Of a DNA stretch of 64,000 nucleotides, positions 1 to 13,103 are shown in pieces. The notes below the pieces were generated by a model, which saw only the letters and a program-made list of their open reading frames with translations, had not been told where the DNA came from and made no database searches. A program made the translations under genes and the position numbers. Location: positions 2,073,595 through 2,137,594 of the forward strand of contig MU008164.1 of assembly GCA_010909165.1 (NCBI GenBank). Direction: 5' to 3'. Numbering within the stretch: the first letter of the stretch is position 1; every line of letters begins with the position of its first letter. The stretch comes from Anthoceros angustus (lineage: Eukaryota > Plantae > Anthocerotophyta).

Positions 1-99
1 GTGGTTTGGTATTTGAATTCGATTTGCTCGTCTGCTTAAGAATGTGAGGCCATTATTGTTCCCTCTCTGACTGGAACCCTGATTGTTTCCTTGATGCAG

Positions 100-3000
100 G
101 AACACAGGTGATTTCATGATGTCTCGTTACAAGGAAGTAGCAGCCATTGTGTTTAAGTACAGGGAGCATCGGGACAAGCTTGTTCGGCGTAGTATTACTG
201 CTCTCTTGCCACGGATTGCTGATTTTCTGCGGGACCGCTTCATAAACTCTTATCTGACGGTTGGTATTGTATGATGCTGTAGCTGTTTTGCTGGCTGAAA
301 AGCGAAAATTGGGTTGTCAGAAGTCATTCATTGTCCGCAGATCTGTATGGAGCATCTTCTAGCTGTCATGCGCAATCCCACAGAGCGGGCTAGCGGTTTT
401 GATGCTCTTGGAGAGATGGCTCAGTCTATTGGTCGGGAACTGAAGTCGTATCTACCTGTCATTGCTGCATTGCTACGGGACGCGGTATCTTTCACCAATG
501 ACTTTGGTTTATTTCACCACATGTTTTGCTACAGACGTCTTTGCTCTGTGCATAACGATCTCATTGGCCCATGCCATTCAAATACTGCCAACCTGAATCA
601 GATGTTGAACTTGGTCTACAGATAGCGCCACGGAGGGGAAAGCCTTGTCCTAGTGCTATAGCATGTGTTGGTTGTCTTGCTGAGGCGCTGAAATCAGATA
701 TGGAAGAGCATGTCCGGGGGCTATTGGACCTGATGTTTGCTGCTGGCCTGACACCAATTCTTGTTGAATCCCTGACGAAAATTGGAAGGAGGTAGGCTCT
801 TTGATCACCTAGAATGCTGTACAGATGTATTTCTTTGTGAGCCCTTTGTTGCTTCTGGCAGTCTTGCACCGTAGGTGTGACACAATGGGTGCAATTCTTT
901 ACAGCATGGACTCGCTCTTACCCAAGATTCAAGAGAAGCTTCTAGAGACAATTTCATATGTTTTGGCTAAAACTCCTTATCGATCAACCAAAGGGGTTGT
1001 GCGGTCTGCTTCTTCTCCTACTTTACAGCCTTTGCCTGATATTCCAGGCCCAGCTCTCACCCAACTTGCGCTCAGGACATTGGCTGAGTTCAATCTCACG
1101 GTAACTGTGTTTGTGTTACCCTGTGCCTGTTTGGACATTTAGCCTTTAATCGCGTTTAAAACTTGTCTGTGACTATGGTTTTTCACAGGGTCATGAGCTA
1201 CTAGAGTTCGCAAGGGAATCTGTTGTGGCCTATTTAGATGACGAAGATCCTGTGACCCGGAGGGATGCTGCAATATGCTGCTGTAGGCTTGTTGAGCACT
1301 CCGTGAGCACAGCTGAGGCCGATGCAGCAGCATCTCGCCTCTGGACAACGCAAAGTCCACGAGGGATCGCAGTAGGCTTCAGAAGGCGTCGTTATCTGAT
1401 TGAAGAGGTTAGTGCATGTTCATTGCATGGCTTGGGGGGGCAGGATGGGGGGGGTGTTTTCTTTCCATGCTTACCTAGGTTTTAATTCATGATCTTGTGT
1501 ATCTTTACCATGGCTGATCCAGTAGGATGATGCAGATCTTGGAGAAGCTTCTGGTGGCAGCAGTAGCAGATACAGATGCTGGTGTTCGCTCAGCCATTTA
1601 TTTGGCTCTTTCAAAAAATCGAAGTTTCGAGGACTTCCTGGCACAGGCAGACAGTCTGCGTGCTGTCTTCATTTCTCTCAATGATGAGGTGAGGTTTAGG
1701 CCCATGTGTCATCTGTTAGTACATTCCTGACTTCTAATTGGCATAATCATTGGCTGTATGAAGTTTCAGAGTGTTTGTATTTGTTTCATACTGTGGTATC
1801 TCATGTGTCTCCAGTCATTTGAAGTACGAGAGCGGGCCATCATCATGGCCGGCAGGCTTGCGGAGAAAAATCCAGCATATGTCCTGCCTGCTCTGAGGAG
1901 ACATCTTCTGCAGCTGCTTAGGGACTTGGAGCAAAGGTACAAGGCTGGGGTTGTATGTTGTGTTGTGTATGGTAATACTTGAATCAGGTCCACTATCTGG
2001 AGATGTTTTGTGACAACGTTGCTTTTGGTATCTTCAGTCCTGAAAGTAAAAGTAGGGAGGAGAGTGCAAAATTGCTGGGATGTCTCATCAAGGCATGTGA
2101 ACGTCTCATGGCGCCCTACATTACTCCGGTTCTAAAGGTGAGTTTGAACACTTTGGAGGAAAATGTTGGCCAGTTTGCTTGAACTATATGGAGAGCTCAG
2201 ATGCAGCAAGAAACTAGATAAGTCTCAATTTCATGCCTCTTTTCTCTGTTGTGCAGACTTTGATTGCTAAGCTGGGTGATGGGCTTGTGGGAAGTGGTAA
2301 CAACGGAGTAGTGACAGGAGTCTTAGCTACAGTTGGGGAGTTAGCCAGAGTGGTAAATATTCCTTTCCTGCAATCTGTTTTGGCTAATTCGTTTGCAATA
2401 AGCTAGCTTGGGTGGGAGCAATTGAAGAAACCAGGTCCGTTCTACTGCTTGGTAAAAGGTTGTTGGGCTCTATCAAAGGGTGATGTTGTTTGTTTCAGGG
2501 GGGCTTGGCGATTGTACCAGATCTTCCAAGTCTGATGCCTCGTATTGTGGATGCACTTATGGATGGTGCCTCTTCAACAAAAAGAGAAGTGGCAGTTTCT
2601 ACCCTTGGGAAAATAGCAGCAAGCACGGGGTAAAGTTGACATACATGGGGCGTGGACTATGTCTATTTGCTTGTCGTACGACCTCTCTTCTCATCTTTAT
2701 ACATTGCTGGCAGGTATGTGGTTGCTCCATATAGGGACCATCCAACCCTGCTTGGAGTCTTGTTACGACTCCTGGATGGTGATCTCAAATGGTCGACAAG
2801 GCAGGAGGTGCTGAAGGTACACCAAGCTGTCTCTGTGGTCTGCTAGACCAGCTGATGACGAGTTTGTTGCTGTACTTTTTTGTAATGTGGTCTGAGTGCA
2901 TGAATCTGGTGATAACAGGTTCTTGGTATCATGGGGGCTCTTGATCCTCATATCCACAAGCAAAATTTACAAAAACTACCGGGTCCGTATGGGGAAGGAG

Positions 3001-6000
3001 CACGTGGGGCAGCTTCTGAATCAGGAACCCTTGTTCGTTCCGTGGAGGAGCTTCCTGTGGAGCTCTGGCAGTCTGGAGGGTTGTCTGGATCATCTGATGA
3101 CTACTATCCTACTGTAGGGATTTGTTTCAGTTGCTGACATCTCGTCTTTCGCTTTTTGGGAATTTGTTGTGAAACTCTCCTGTAGATAATTGCAAGTGTC
3201 AACGCATGCCATACTTTGCTTGATGTACAGGTTGCCATCAATGCACTGATCCGAATTCTTCGTGAGCCCTCCCACTCCAGTTATCACATGAGCGTTGTGA
3301 AGTCACTGATGTATATATTTAAGGTGTTTCCTTGATTTCCCTGTTCTGACATCAATTTTTGGGTAGTTGAAGAAGAGAGTCACCTGTACTTATTTGGTAA
3401 TTGGGAATTGGTATTAACTCTCCAAACTGTATCTATTGTAGGCCATGGGACTAGCTTCTGTGCCATATCTTCCTAGAGTAAGTAATCTTCGTTGTACTTG
3501 TCTTTTCTGCGTAATGCAATTTTTCCCAGAGTGGAATGCTTGTGGTCTGGGCGCCTCAGTCCCTCCGTTTCCTTCTCATTATCACCTGAGTGATTAGCTA
3601 CCTGTCAGTACATTGTCTGTTGTACCTTTACGCCTTCTTAACTCCTTCTTTTGGTTCTCTTCTGATATCAGGTTATGCCGGATCTTCTTGTAATTGTTCG
3701 CACATGTGATGAGGGTCTGCGGGAGTATATTGTTTTGCAACTGGCAGTCTTAGTCTCAATTGTGAAGCAGGTATGGTGTATAGGATCAGACAGCTCCACA
3801 GACACTGGGTGACCTCTGTGTTCTGCTGACCCTGTTTCTGCTGTCGATGCAGCATATACGCAAGCATCTTGACGATGTGCTCGTTCTGATTTCCGACTAC
3901 TGGACAACTATGATCCTTCCGGCATCTTCTCGACCAAATGCTGGTTCTCCGGTGAGAGCATTCTTCGTAGTATGTTTGACATGATTCTCTGGAGTAGGGT
4001 GGTCTAGCAGCTTACAATACCATTGTCTGGATAAGAAAGGTACCTTACACAAATCTCTCTAAAAAGCTGCACATTGCTATATTGTCTTTGTGCTTAATGC
4101 TGATGAAGGTAAGGCTCTGTTTGCAGATTCTGAATCTGGTGCAACAGCTCTGCCTGGCACTGAATGATGAATTTCGCACTTACCTTCCAGAGTTGTTGCC
4201 ACGGTGTCTGCAACTTCTGAATGACCCTGATTCTGCCTGTGTTCCTCAAGCTCTACAGACATTAGAAGTTTTTGGTGGTGAGTACTGGTTGCTTAAGCAA
4301 GTTGGTGGGTTAAACGTAGCATGCAATGCTGCTGACCAGGTCTGCACAATGCTGTGCAGCAAGCTTGGATGATCACCTACACCTGGTTCTTCCGGCCCTT
4401 GTGAGGCTTTTCACACCAGATGCATCTAATGCATCGCTGGAGATACAACGAGCATCACTGAGGACTATGTCCCATCTGTTGCCTTCCATGCAGGTAGGAC
4501 ACAATTCTTGTTTTGATGTGTCCTCATGTTCGCTTGAAGCTGTACTGTCTATTGAGCTTCTTCAACAGCAAATGTCGATGGTGTGTGGACCTATTTTGAA
4601 GAAGTCTATTTGGGTTGACATTCACTGACTGAACCAGGTGTGGTCCTTCATGCAGGTGTCTGGGCACGTATCCACATTGATACATCCATTGATGAGAATA
4701 CTAGATGGGTGAGCTTGATAGTTCTTGAACGCTAGCCATCCTTGTATTTCTTTGAAAATGTTCTTTCCACAGGGGTCTCAAGCCTCTTGAGGTCAAGCAT
4801 GCTGATGGCAAGTGTGTGAGTTCCGTTCTTTTGTCAATTTACTGATGATCTTTTCTGAACTTCTATGTTTCAGCACGGTTGATGAGCTGCGAAAGGATGC
4901 AGTTGATGCTCTTTGTGCCTTGGCAGTAGCACTGGGATCAGATTTCTATCTCTTTGTCTCTTCAGTGAGAAAGCTGTTGCAGAAACATCATCTGCAGGTG
5001 TGACTTTGTGGCAGGTCATTGCATAGTTTTCTCCTTTTTCCTCTCACTTGGAGCTAGCTCGGACATCTGATGCATTGCACACTGCCCTTGTAGCATCCAC
5101 TCTTTGATGAGATAGAGCGTCGACTTCGCCGTAGAGATCCTATTGCCGAGTTGCATCTTCCGTCCCGAATGTCTACTGTTACGGCAATGGGGGATGGGAT
5201 GAGTTTGGCTGGGAACTCTGTTCATGGAGTAGATTCGGAATCCGAGCGCTATGAGCTTGATGCAACAGGCTCTTTCAGATCATTAAAGGTCAGTGCTTTC
5301 TCAATTTGGTGAGTACAAGCTACGAAGGGACTTTATGAAGATTCTGTTGTGACCTTTCTGCAGATGAATGAAGGACATCTACGAAATGTGTGGGAAACTT
5401 CAAAGCGAAGCACCAAGGACGATTGGTCAGAATGGATGCGGCACTTCAGTGTAGAGTTGCTGAAGGAGTCCCCTTCCCCAGCATTGCGCACTTGTGCAGG
5501 GTTGGCGCAAGTGCAGGTATTGGACACACTTTCGATACTTTGTGGCGTTTGTCATTACAGTTTGTCCATATCCTCACTGCTTACTGGTTGTCCGTTGTTT
5601 CAGCCCTACATGGCTAGGGAACTTTTTGCTGCTGCGTTTGTGAGTTGTTGGGGGCAACTTAATGAGCTTAATCAAGATCAGCTTGTGAGAAGCTTGAACA
5701 GTGCCTTCATGTCACCCAATATCCCTCCAGAGATACTGGCAACACTTCTGAACCTGGTTTGGACACCCCCCTTATGAGCATTACTCTAAAGTTGAGAGGA
5801 TGGGTCTGATGCATTTTTCTATACTTAATGCATGAATCGTTCATGGTAGGCTGAATTTATGGAACATGATGAGAAGGAGCTTCCAATTGACATCAGGAAT
5901 CTGGGTGCTCTTGCTGAAAAGGTTTTTGACTTCTGCACTGTGAAATGGGCTTGCTCGGTGCTTTTGTCTCCTGAATTGATGTATCTGTCCACGTGATCAT

Positions 6001-9000
6001 CCCTGTCCTGCTCAAAAGCATTTGGTTGTTCCCAGTGCCACGCATTTGCTAAGGCTTTGCGATACAAGGAAGTGGAGTTTGCTGGTCTAGTAGCTGGACT
6101 ACAAGCTGTTGCCAAAGATGCACAACCCAGCCTTGTTGTAGAATCGCTGATTCACATTAACAATCAGCTCAATCAGCATGAGGTAAAACATCTGCTGGAT
6201 TGATACTCCTCATTTCTCCAAGGATAAACTACCTTTTGTTGAGAAGCAAGCTTTAAGAATTCCCTTGTTCCTGATATTGCGTGCTGAATGCAGGCTGCTG
6301 TCGGCATACTGACATATGCACGGCAACAATCAGTTTTGGGTGATCACCTGAAGGAATCATGGTATTATGGTTGTGGCTTGTTTCTTTTCAGTTGGCTCCC
6401 AGGATCTTACAGTATGACTCTCGTCTCACAAGTGTGTAATGACAGGTATGAGAAGCTGCAGCGCTGGGAGGAAGCACTGGCGGCGTATGAGGGGGCTTGG
6501 CAAGTTGAGGATCCTCACGCTGTGCTTGAGCGCACTCTTGGTATGTGGTTGAGACAGATGGATGCGAGACTCGGTTTAGCTTTGCCATTGTTGTGAGCTG
6601 TTGATATGCTACTACTGATGCTCATCTTCTGTCATGTGCGTAAGCCTTGAGCAAAAGTTGACTCACTTTCTTTATTGCCCTGGTTTTAGGGAAGATGCGC
6701 TGCTTGGCTGCTCTGGCCCGGTGGGATGAGCTGAGTGATCTTTGTCGCAGATCATGGGCTGCGTCCGAGGGGTCTGCCCGAAGGCAGATGGCTCCAATGG
6801 TCTGTATGGACGGGTCCCACTTGCTTCAATGTGAATGGCAAACTTATGGTGAAATTCAACATTGATGGATTTTTGGCTTGACTCAAACAGGCTGCCAGTG
6901 CTGCTTGGAATTTGGGGAAATGGGAGGAAATGAACGATTATGTCCAACTCCTTGGAGATGGGGATGATGTAAACGTTCGCTTGGCGTCCCAGACTATACC
7001 CCTAACTGTTGCTTCTGACAGCGGTGCAAGTGATGGAGCTTTTTTCCGAGCAGTAATGAGAGTCCACCATGGAGAGGAGACTGCTAGGATGATCAGGGAA
7101 GACAAGTGGAAGACTTACTTTTCCAGTAAACGAGAAGCTGAGGAGAAGCTTGAGGAGGAGGTATGGTGCTTGGCAGGTCACAATCACATACCGCATCTGA
7201 TACCCACATACTGCATCTTCTGCTTGTCCTACAGGTGCTTCTGTAATTTGCTCTGTTGCTTTTTGCAGTACAATGAAGCTAAAGCACATATTGAAAATGC
7301 TAGGAAGATCCTGGCAACTGAAGTTGCCGCCTTGGTAATCTACAGTGTTATAATCTTCATTGAGCGGTCTGCTCATACTTAAGTTAAACATTTCGTATTT
7401 ATCAGATTCCCGGGCCATGTGCAGGTCTTGGAGAGTTATGATCGGGCATACACTAACATGGTCCGGATACAGCAGCTTGTGGAACTGGAGGAAGTGAGCA
7501 GCTGTCGCTTTATTGTTTTTTGCCTGATTTTCCCTGAGATGTGACTGGAATCTTTTTGGGATTCTTAACTGCCTATTTGCGATTCAGGTAATGGATTACA
7601 GTTTGCTAAAAGATGAGAATATGAGTAGGAAGGGGTTAATCCGGAAGATGTGGTCTGATCGTATCCAAGGGACAAAGAGAAAAGTGGAGGTACACTATTA
7701 CTACTAGCATAAGAATGTGGCCACCAAGCAGTGGCGAAAATTGGCCTTGTCATGCCTGTTAAGATATCCTTGGTCTTTTCTCCTGTATGTGTTGCAGGTA
7801 TGGCAAGCGCTCCTATCTGTCCGAACGTTGGTACTACCGCCTGAAGAGGATATCAGCACTTGGCTGAAGTTTTCCTCTTTATGCCGTAAGAGTGGTCGAA
7901 TTGGGCAAGCTCGAGCAACTCTGGTTAAGCTTCTGAAGGTGCATACATGTGACGTTGTTTCGTGTGAGGACATGGGACCAGGGTGCCATTATCTAATGGC
8001 TGCTCGCCTGTTGCAGTATGATCCAGAGGCTCCTCCTCAAGATGGGCTCGTCTATGCAAGTGCACCAGAAGTCATGCTGGGGTATTACAAGTACCAGTGG
8101 TCGCTTGGAGAAGAGCCAAAACAACGTGAAGCCTTTCGAGGCCTGGAGGTAGTGTCTATGAGCCTTCCCTTTCTATTGTAGCACGAGTGGTGGGTTATCT
8201 GTTGTATTAGGTTATATTTAATAGCTGATGTGGTTATTAGGTTATATTTAATAGCTGATGTGGAAGTCTTGTGTATACCTTTTCAGGGCTTATGTGCCCG
8301 CCTAAGCGATCCATCGAATGCATCGAACCCGGCTTTGTTTCATCAGTATGGGAATACACATAATGGGAAGGCAAGTCTTCTTGCCCGTATCTTCCTAAAA
8401 CTTGGAGCTTGGCAGTGGGCTCTTCACCCTGGTCTTGAGGAGAGTGCCATTCAAGGTCAGTTGAAACTCTCAAGGACTCCTTGTTGTACTTTGTCTGTAA
8501 TCCCAGAAATAGTCTAAGCCTACATGCTCTCCTTGTAGGTATTCTTACAAAATTCAAAAATGCAACTGACCACTCCAGTGAGTGGGCAAAAGCTTGGCAC
8601 AAGTGGGCTTATTTTAACACTGAAGTAATGAACCGTTACAACTTGAGGGATAGTCCAGCAGCAGCTGCCAGGCATCTTGTAGCAGCTGTCACGGGCTACT
8701 TTCAGTCCATCTCAAAGGCTTCCAGTATGAAAAGCAGTGATGATAGTCTGCAGGTTTGCTCCTGAAATATTCAGTGTGAAAAGTGCTTTACCTCGCTTTC
8801 AATTACAGGAAGGGACATGAGTGAAAAGTGCAGCTCTCATACAGTTTCTTTTGGCAGGATATCTTGAGGCTGCTTACTCTTTGGTTTACACATGGAGCAT
8901 CGGCAGAAGTTCAGGACGCATTGCACGCTGGACTGGAAATGATAAGCATCGACACGTGGCTTGTCGTTCTACCTCAAATTATTGCTCGCATCCATTCTCA

Positions 9001-12000
9001 CATTCCTGCAGTTCATGAACTTACCCAGTCCTTGCTCGTGAGCGTCGGGCACAGGCACCCGCAGGTCAGAAGATGCAAGAATGAGAAAAATTCAGTCATC
9101 TCAATGTTTATGATTCTAACTTTTGGGGTCAACAGGCCTTGATGTATCCACTACTTGTGGCTTGTAAATCATTGAGTCCAGCTCGGCGTGATGCTGCAAT
9201 TGCTGTAGTTGACAAAGTGCGGCAGGAACGTGGCAAACTTGTTGAGCAGGTACAGCATTGTGCGGGAAATATGATGTGGCTTTGAATGTCCTGGTTTTAC
9301 TTTTGATTGTATTTGTTTGGCATGGAAGGTGTTTGCGAATTGAACAACCCTTGGAAGCTGGTCAACTTCCAGGATGTGGTTGGTCAGTCTGACAGACCCA
9401 CGTTGATGTCTGCAGGCTCAGTTAGTCTCTAAAGAGCTGATTCGGGTTGCCATTTTGTGGCATGAGATGTGGCATGAAGCACTTGAGGAGGCCAGCCGTT
9501 TGTACTTTGGTGAACATAATGTAGATGCAATGCTAAATGCTCTGAAGCCTTTGCATGAAATGCTGAATACAGAAGGACCCCTGCGAGCCACAAACAAAGA
9601 GGAGGCATTTATTCAGGTGATGTGATATGTTGCATGTCAATATGTGGGATGCCTCATAACTCTGGTCTCGATGGTAGAGCAGGCTGCGAAAATTGTTGGC
9701 CCTTGATGCAGTCAGTCTTTTGTGCTAGCTGTTGTGCACTGAAATTTGGCGTGTGCACATTTGGGATTTTCGCATGAGGTGAACATTGTTGTTTGTTATA
9801 ACTTGCAGGACTATGGGCATGAGTTGCAAGAAGCCAACGAGTGCTGCAATAAGTTCCGGCGGACAGGAAAGGAGGCTGAGCTTACTCAAGTGAGTCAAGA
9901 AGTTGTCTGCTGTCCAAAATGGCAGGCATCTGAATTTTGGTAGAGGACATGGATTCTTATCTGGGTGCAAGTCAATTTCATGTGTTTTGTTTGGGAGCTT
10001 TGTGCAGGCTTGGGACCTGTATTACCATGTTTTCAGGCGCATCAACAAGCAGCTTCCAGGTCTTACAACACTAGAGCTACAGGTCTGCCTATGTTATTCT
10101 TGCTGTGATGGCAATTGCATAGCTGGACTTGGTGGTGATTTGGGCAAGTATTCTTATGCTGTGGTGTTTCCTACAGCACGTCTCACCTGCATTGGTGTCT
10201 GCCCGTGATCTGGAGCTCGCTGTCCCTGGAACCTATCGGAGTGGTTTGATGCTTGCACCCTGTCCAATTTACAGGCCTCCTTGTATTGTGACTTGGGATG
10301 GCTGTAAGCTAAAGTTGCACTGCGTTCCTTTTTTCCCACAGATCCAGACCTTATTACAATACGGGAGTTTGCTCCACAGCTGATTGTGATTACATCTAAA
10401 CAGCGACCTAGAAAGTTGACTATTCATGGAAGTGATGGTGTAGAATATGTATTCTTGTTGAAAGGTCATGAGGATCTGCGCCAAGATGAGCGTGTCATGC
10501 AGGTACTGTGCTTCCTTTCAAAGCATTTGGTTCTATTGTTCTGATTCATGTGCAGGAGGACCTCATGTTTTTCATGACTTCTTTTACAGCTCTTTGGGTT
10601 GGTAAACACGCTACTCGGTAATGCGAGAAGTACTGCAGAGAAGGATCTTTCTATTCAGCGATACTCTGTTATACCTTTATCCCCTAACAGTGGCCTTATT
10701 GGCTGGGTGCCCAATTGTGATACATTGCACCATCTCATTCGAGAATACAGGGATGCACGGAAGGTTAGTAGTTCTTGCGTGGCCAGATTTGCAGGTGGCA
10801 CCCATGGTTTGTGTTGGGTTTGTGCTGAAACCTATTTTTCCTGGCTGTCAGGTACTAGTAAATGTGGAGCACAGACTTATGGTAGCTTTTGCCCCAGATT
10901 ATGAACATCTCACATTGATGGCAAAGGTGGAAGTGTTTGAACATGCTCTAGATAACACTGTTGGGGATGACCTGGCAAAGGTAATGTTCATGGAAGGTGG
11001 TGATGTTTTGAATGAAAAGTTAATTTAGCGTTCAGGTACTTAAAGTATGAACTCTTTGTACGTGCAGGTTCTGTGGCTCAAGAGCCGCAGTTCAGAAGTT
11101 TGGCTAGATCGGCGAACAAACTATACAAGGAGCCTGGCTGTGATGAGCATGGTTTGTAGCATGGTTTCCTAACTTGCTGTGGATTAGCACCTTGTACTGG
11201 ATGCTATTTTTGGGGGTCCAACTCATTCTCTTCATGTTGGTTACTAGGTGGGGTACCTGTTGGGTCTTGGTGACCGCCATCCCAGCAACCTTATGCTGGA
11301 TAGATTCAGGTCTGTAGTATCTACATTCATTTTCTGTCTCAGCTGTTGGAGCCATTGGCTATAACAGATTGACAGTGCTTTCTGACCTTTCACTTGATGG
11401 GTTATTTTAGTGGAAAGATCTTGCACATCGATTTTGGGGACTGCTTTGAAGCATCCATGAACAGAGAAAAGTTTCCAGAAAAGGTTCGTCCAAAACAGTT
11501 GTTGACAATGTAGTCTACCTTACCTGATTATTTGTAGGGGGGGGTGCCTGAGACCTTGGTCTCACACAGGCGGCCTCCCTCGTCATATCTGACACGTGTG
11601 TTTGATCAGGTTCCTTTCCGTCTGACTCGCATGCTGGTGAAAGCCATGGAGGTCAGTGGCATTGAAGGAAATTTCAAGACAACTTGTGAGAGTGTCATGC
11701 AAGTACTCCGGTCAGAAAGAGACAGCGTAATGGCAATGATGGAGGTGGGTTCTGAACCTGCTAAGCACGGTATCTTTTTCGCTGTGAAGATCTCATGCTA
11801 CTAGACAAGTCATAGAAGAGTTTGTGCAGCCTCTGATCACTTTAAGTCCTTTTGCAGGCTTTTGTCCATGATCCTCTGATAAATTGGCGACTCTTTACTC
11901 TCAATGAGGTAACTGGTGGAGCACCAACCCAGACGACAAATGCGAGAACTGCAACTGGAGGTGGTGGCCTCGGTGAACTAGCCGAGAACCCCCCTTCTCC

Positions 12001-12529
12001 CCCAGGAAGGGTTCTTCGGGAGCGGGAACTACGAGAGGTACTGGTCATATACCATACACGTCCTCCATTGGCAGCCAAGCAAGCAAGTGATTGAAGCCGT
12101 TCCTAAGGAAGTGGTATACCATGGGTGCAGGCAGTCGGTCAACTTGGGGATGCAAACGAAGTTCTAAATGTGCGAGCTGTGCAAGTTATGGCTCGTATGA
12201 AGCACAAGCTTACTGGTAGAGATTTTGCAACAGCTCCACTAAGTCCAGGTGTGGTTACGTCAGTTCCTGGCGTAACTGCTCCGGGGGCACCCAGTGCAGC
12301 AGTGGTGGATGGCCGTGATGCTGAGCCAAGTCTGAGCGTCCAGGAACAAGTGCAAAAGCTGATTGCTCAAGCCAGGTCTCATGAAAACTTGTGTCAGAGT
12401 TATGTTGGGTAAGTATTGAGTAAACATTTTTCTTGTATGGCAATTCATGTTCTTGGGGGAATGTTTTGTTTGTATCTCTTACACATGCTTCCTTCATGCA
12501 CTCTGTCCAGGTGGTGTCCTTTCTGGTAA
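100..12529 (+). CDS. TOR: Target of rapamycin Ser/Thr kinase, multi-exon, 5' end outside the window
   Basis: Spliced exons give HEAT repeats, FAT ([20 protein letters not shown]), FRB ([22 protein letters not shown]...[12 protein letters not shown]), the PIKK kinase domain ([34 protein letters not shown]) and FATC ending [11 protein letters not shown]|WCPFW* (TAA 12527-12529). Introns checked are GT-AG. Confidence 0.98.
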
Positions 12530-13103
12530 TCTGTGGTCCCTCATCTATGGTCCATAGCAAGGACCTGGACCATATCTGAAGCTCCGGAGTCTTATCAGTT
12601 GGCTAATTCGAACATGTCTACAAGTTATGAAGGCAAATGTACATAGAAGCCATGTGTGCGAAAGCTTGCTTGGTGAGTAGCATATGCTGAGGCTGGAGTT
12701 GACATGTGTTTCTTTCGCAACAGTTCAACTGTTCTTCTCTGTTATTGCTTTGTCTGAGTTTGTCTCTCGGCTTTGTGCAGAAACTCTTGTGCAATTTAAA
12801 CTGGAGTTTTTTAGCCCTTACCTAGAAAGGCCTTGGCCTGCCGATTTGAAACTGGACCCTGAGTAGGTTAGGTGTACGATAAAGGTTGGGTTCCTGGGGT
12901 CATGTCTCTTTGTATCTTTACAGATAGCTAGTGGCGTTCAGGGGTTTTTGGGGAGAGAAAGCTATATACTCTTTTCGGACATCGCAGTTCGGTTGGGTAG
13001 TTCTGCCATTAGATCTTAGTGTACAGTAAAACTATGTACGGCTGTTGGAATTCAAGTCTAACACAGTAAAGTATTCTTGATTCCCTATAGAAACATGAGT
13101 CAA

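Noticed and set aside
100-12529. U12 or GC-AG introns in TOR, and many short antisense ORFs
   Set aside because: Junctions checked were GT-AG; the antisense ORFs are shadows of exons.
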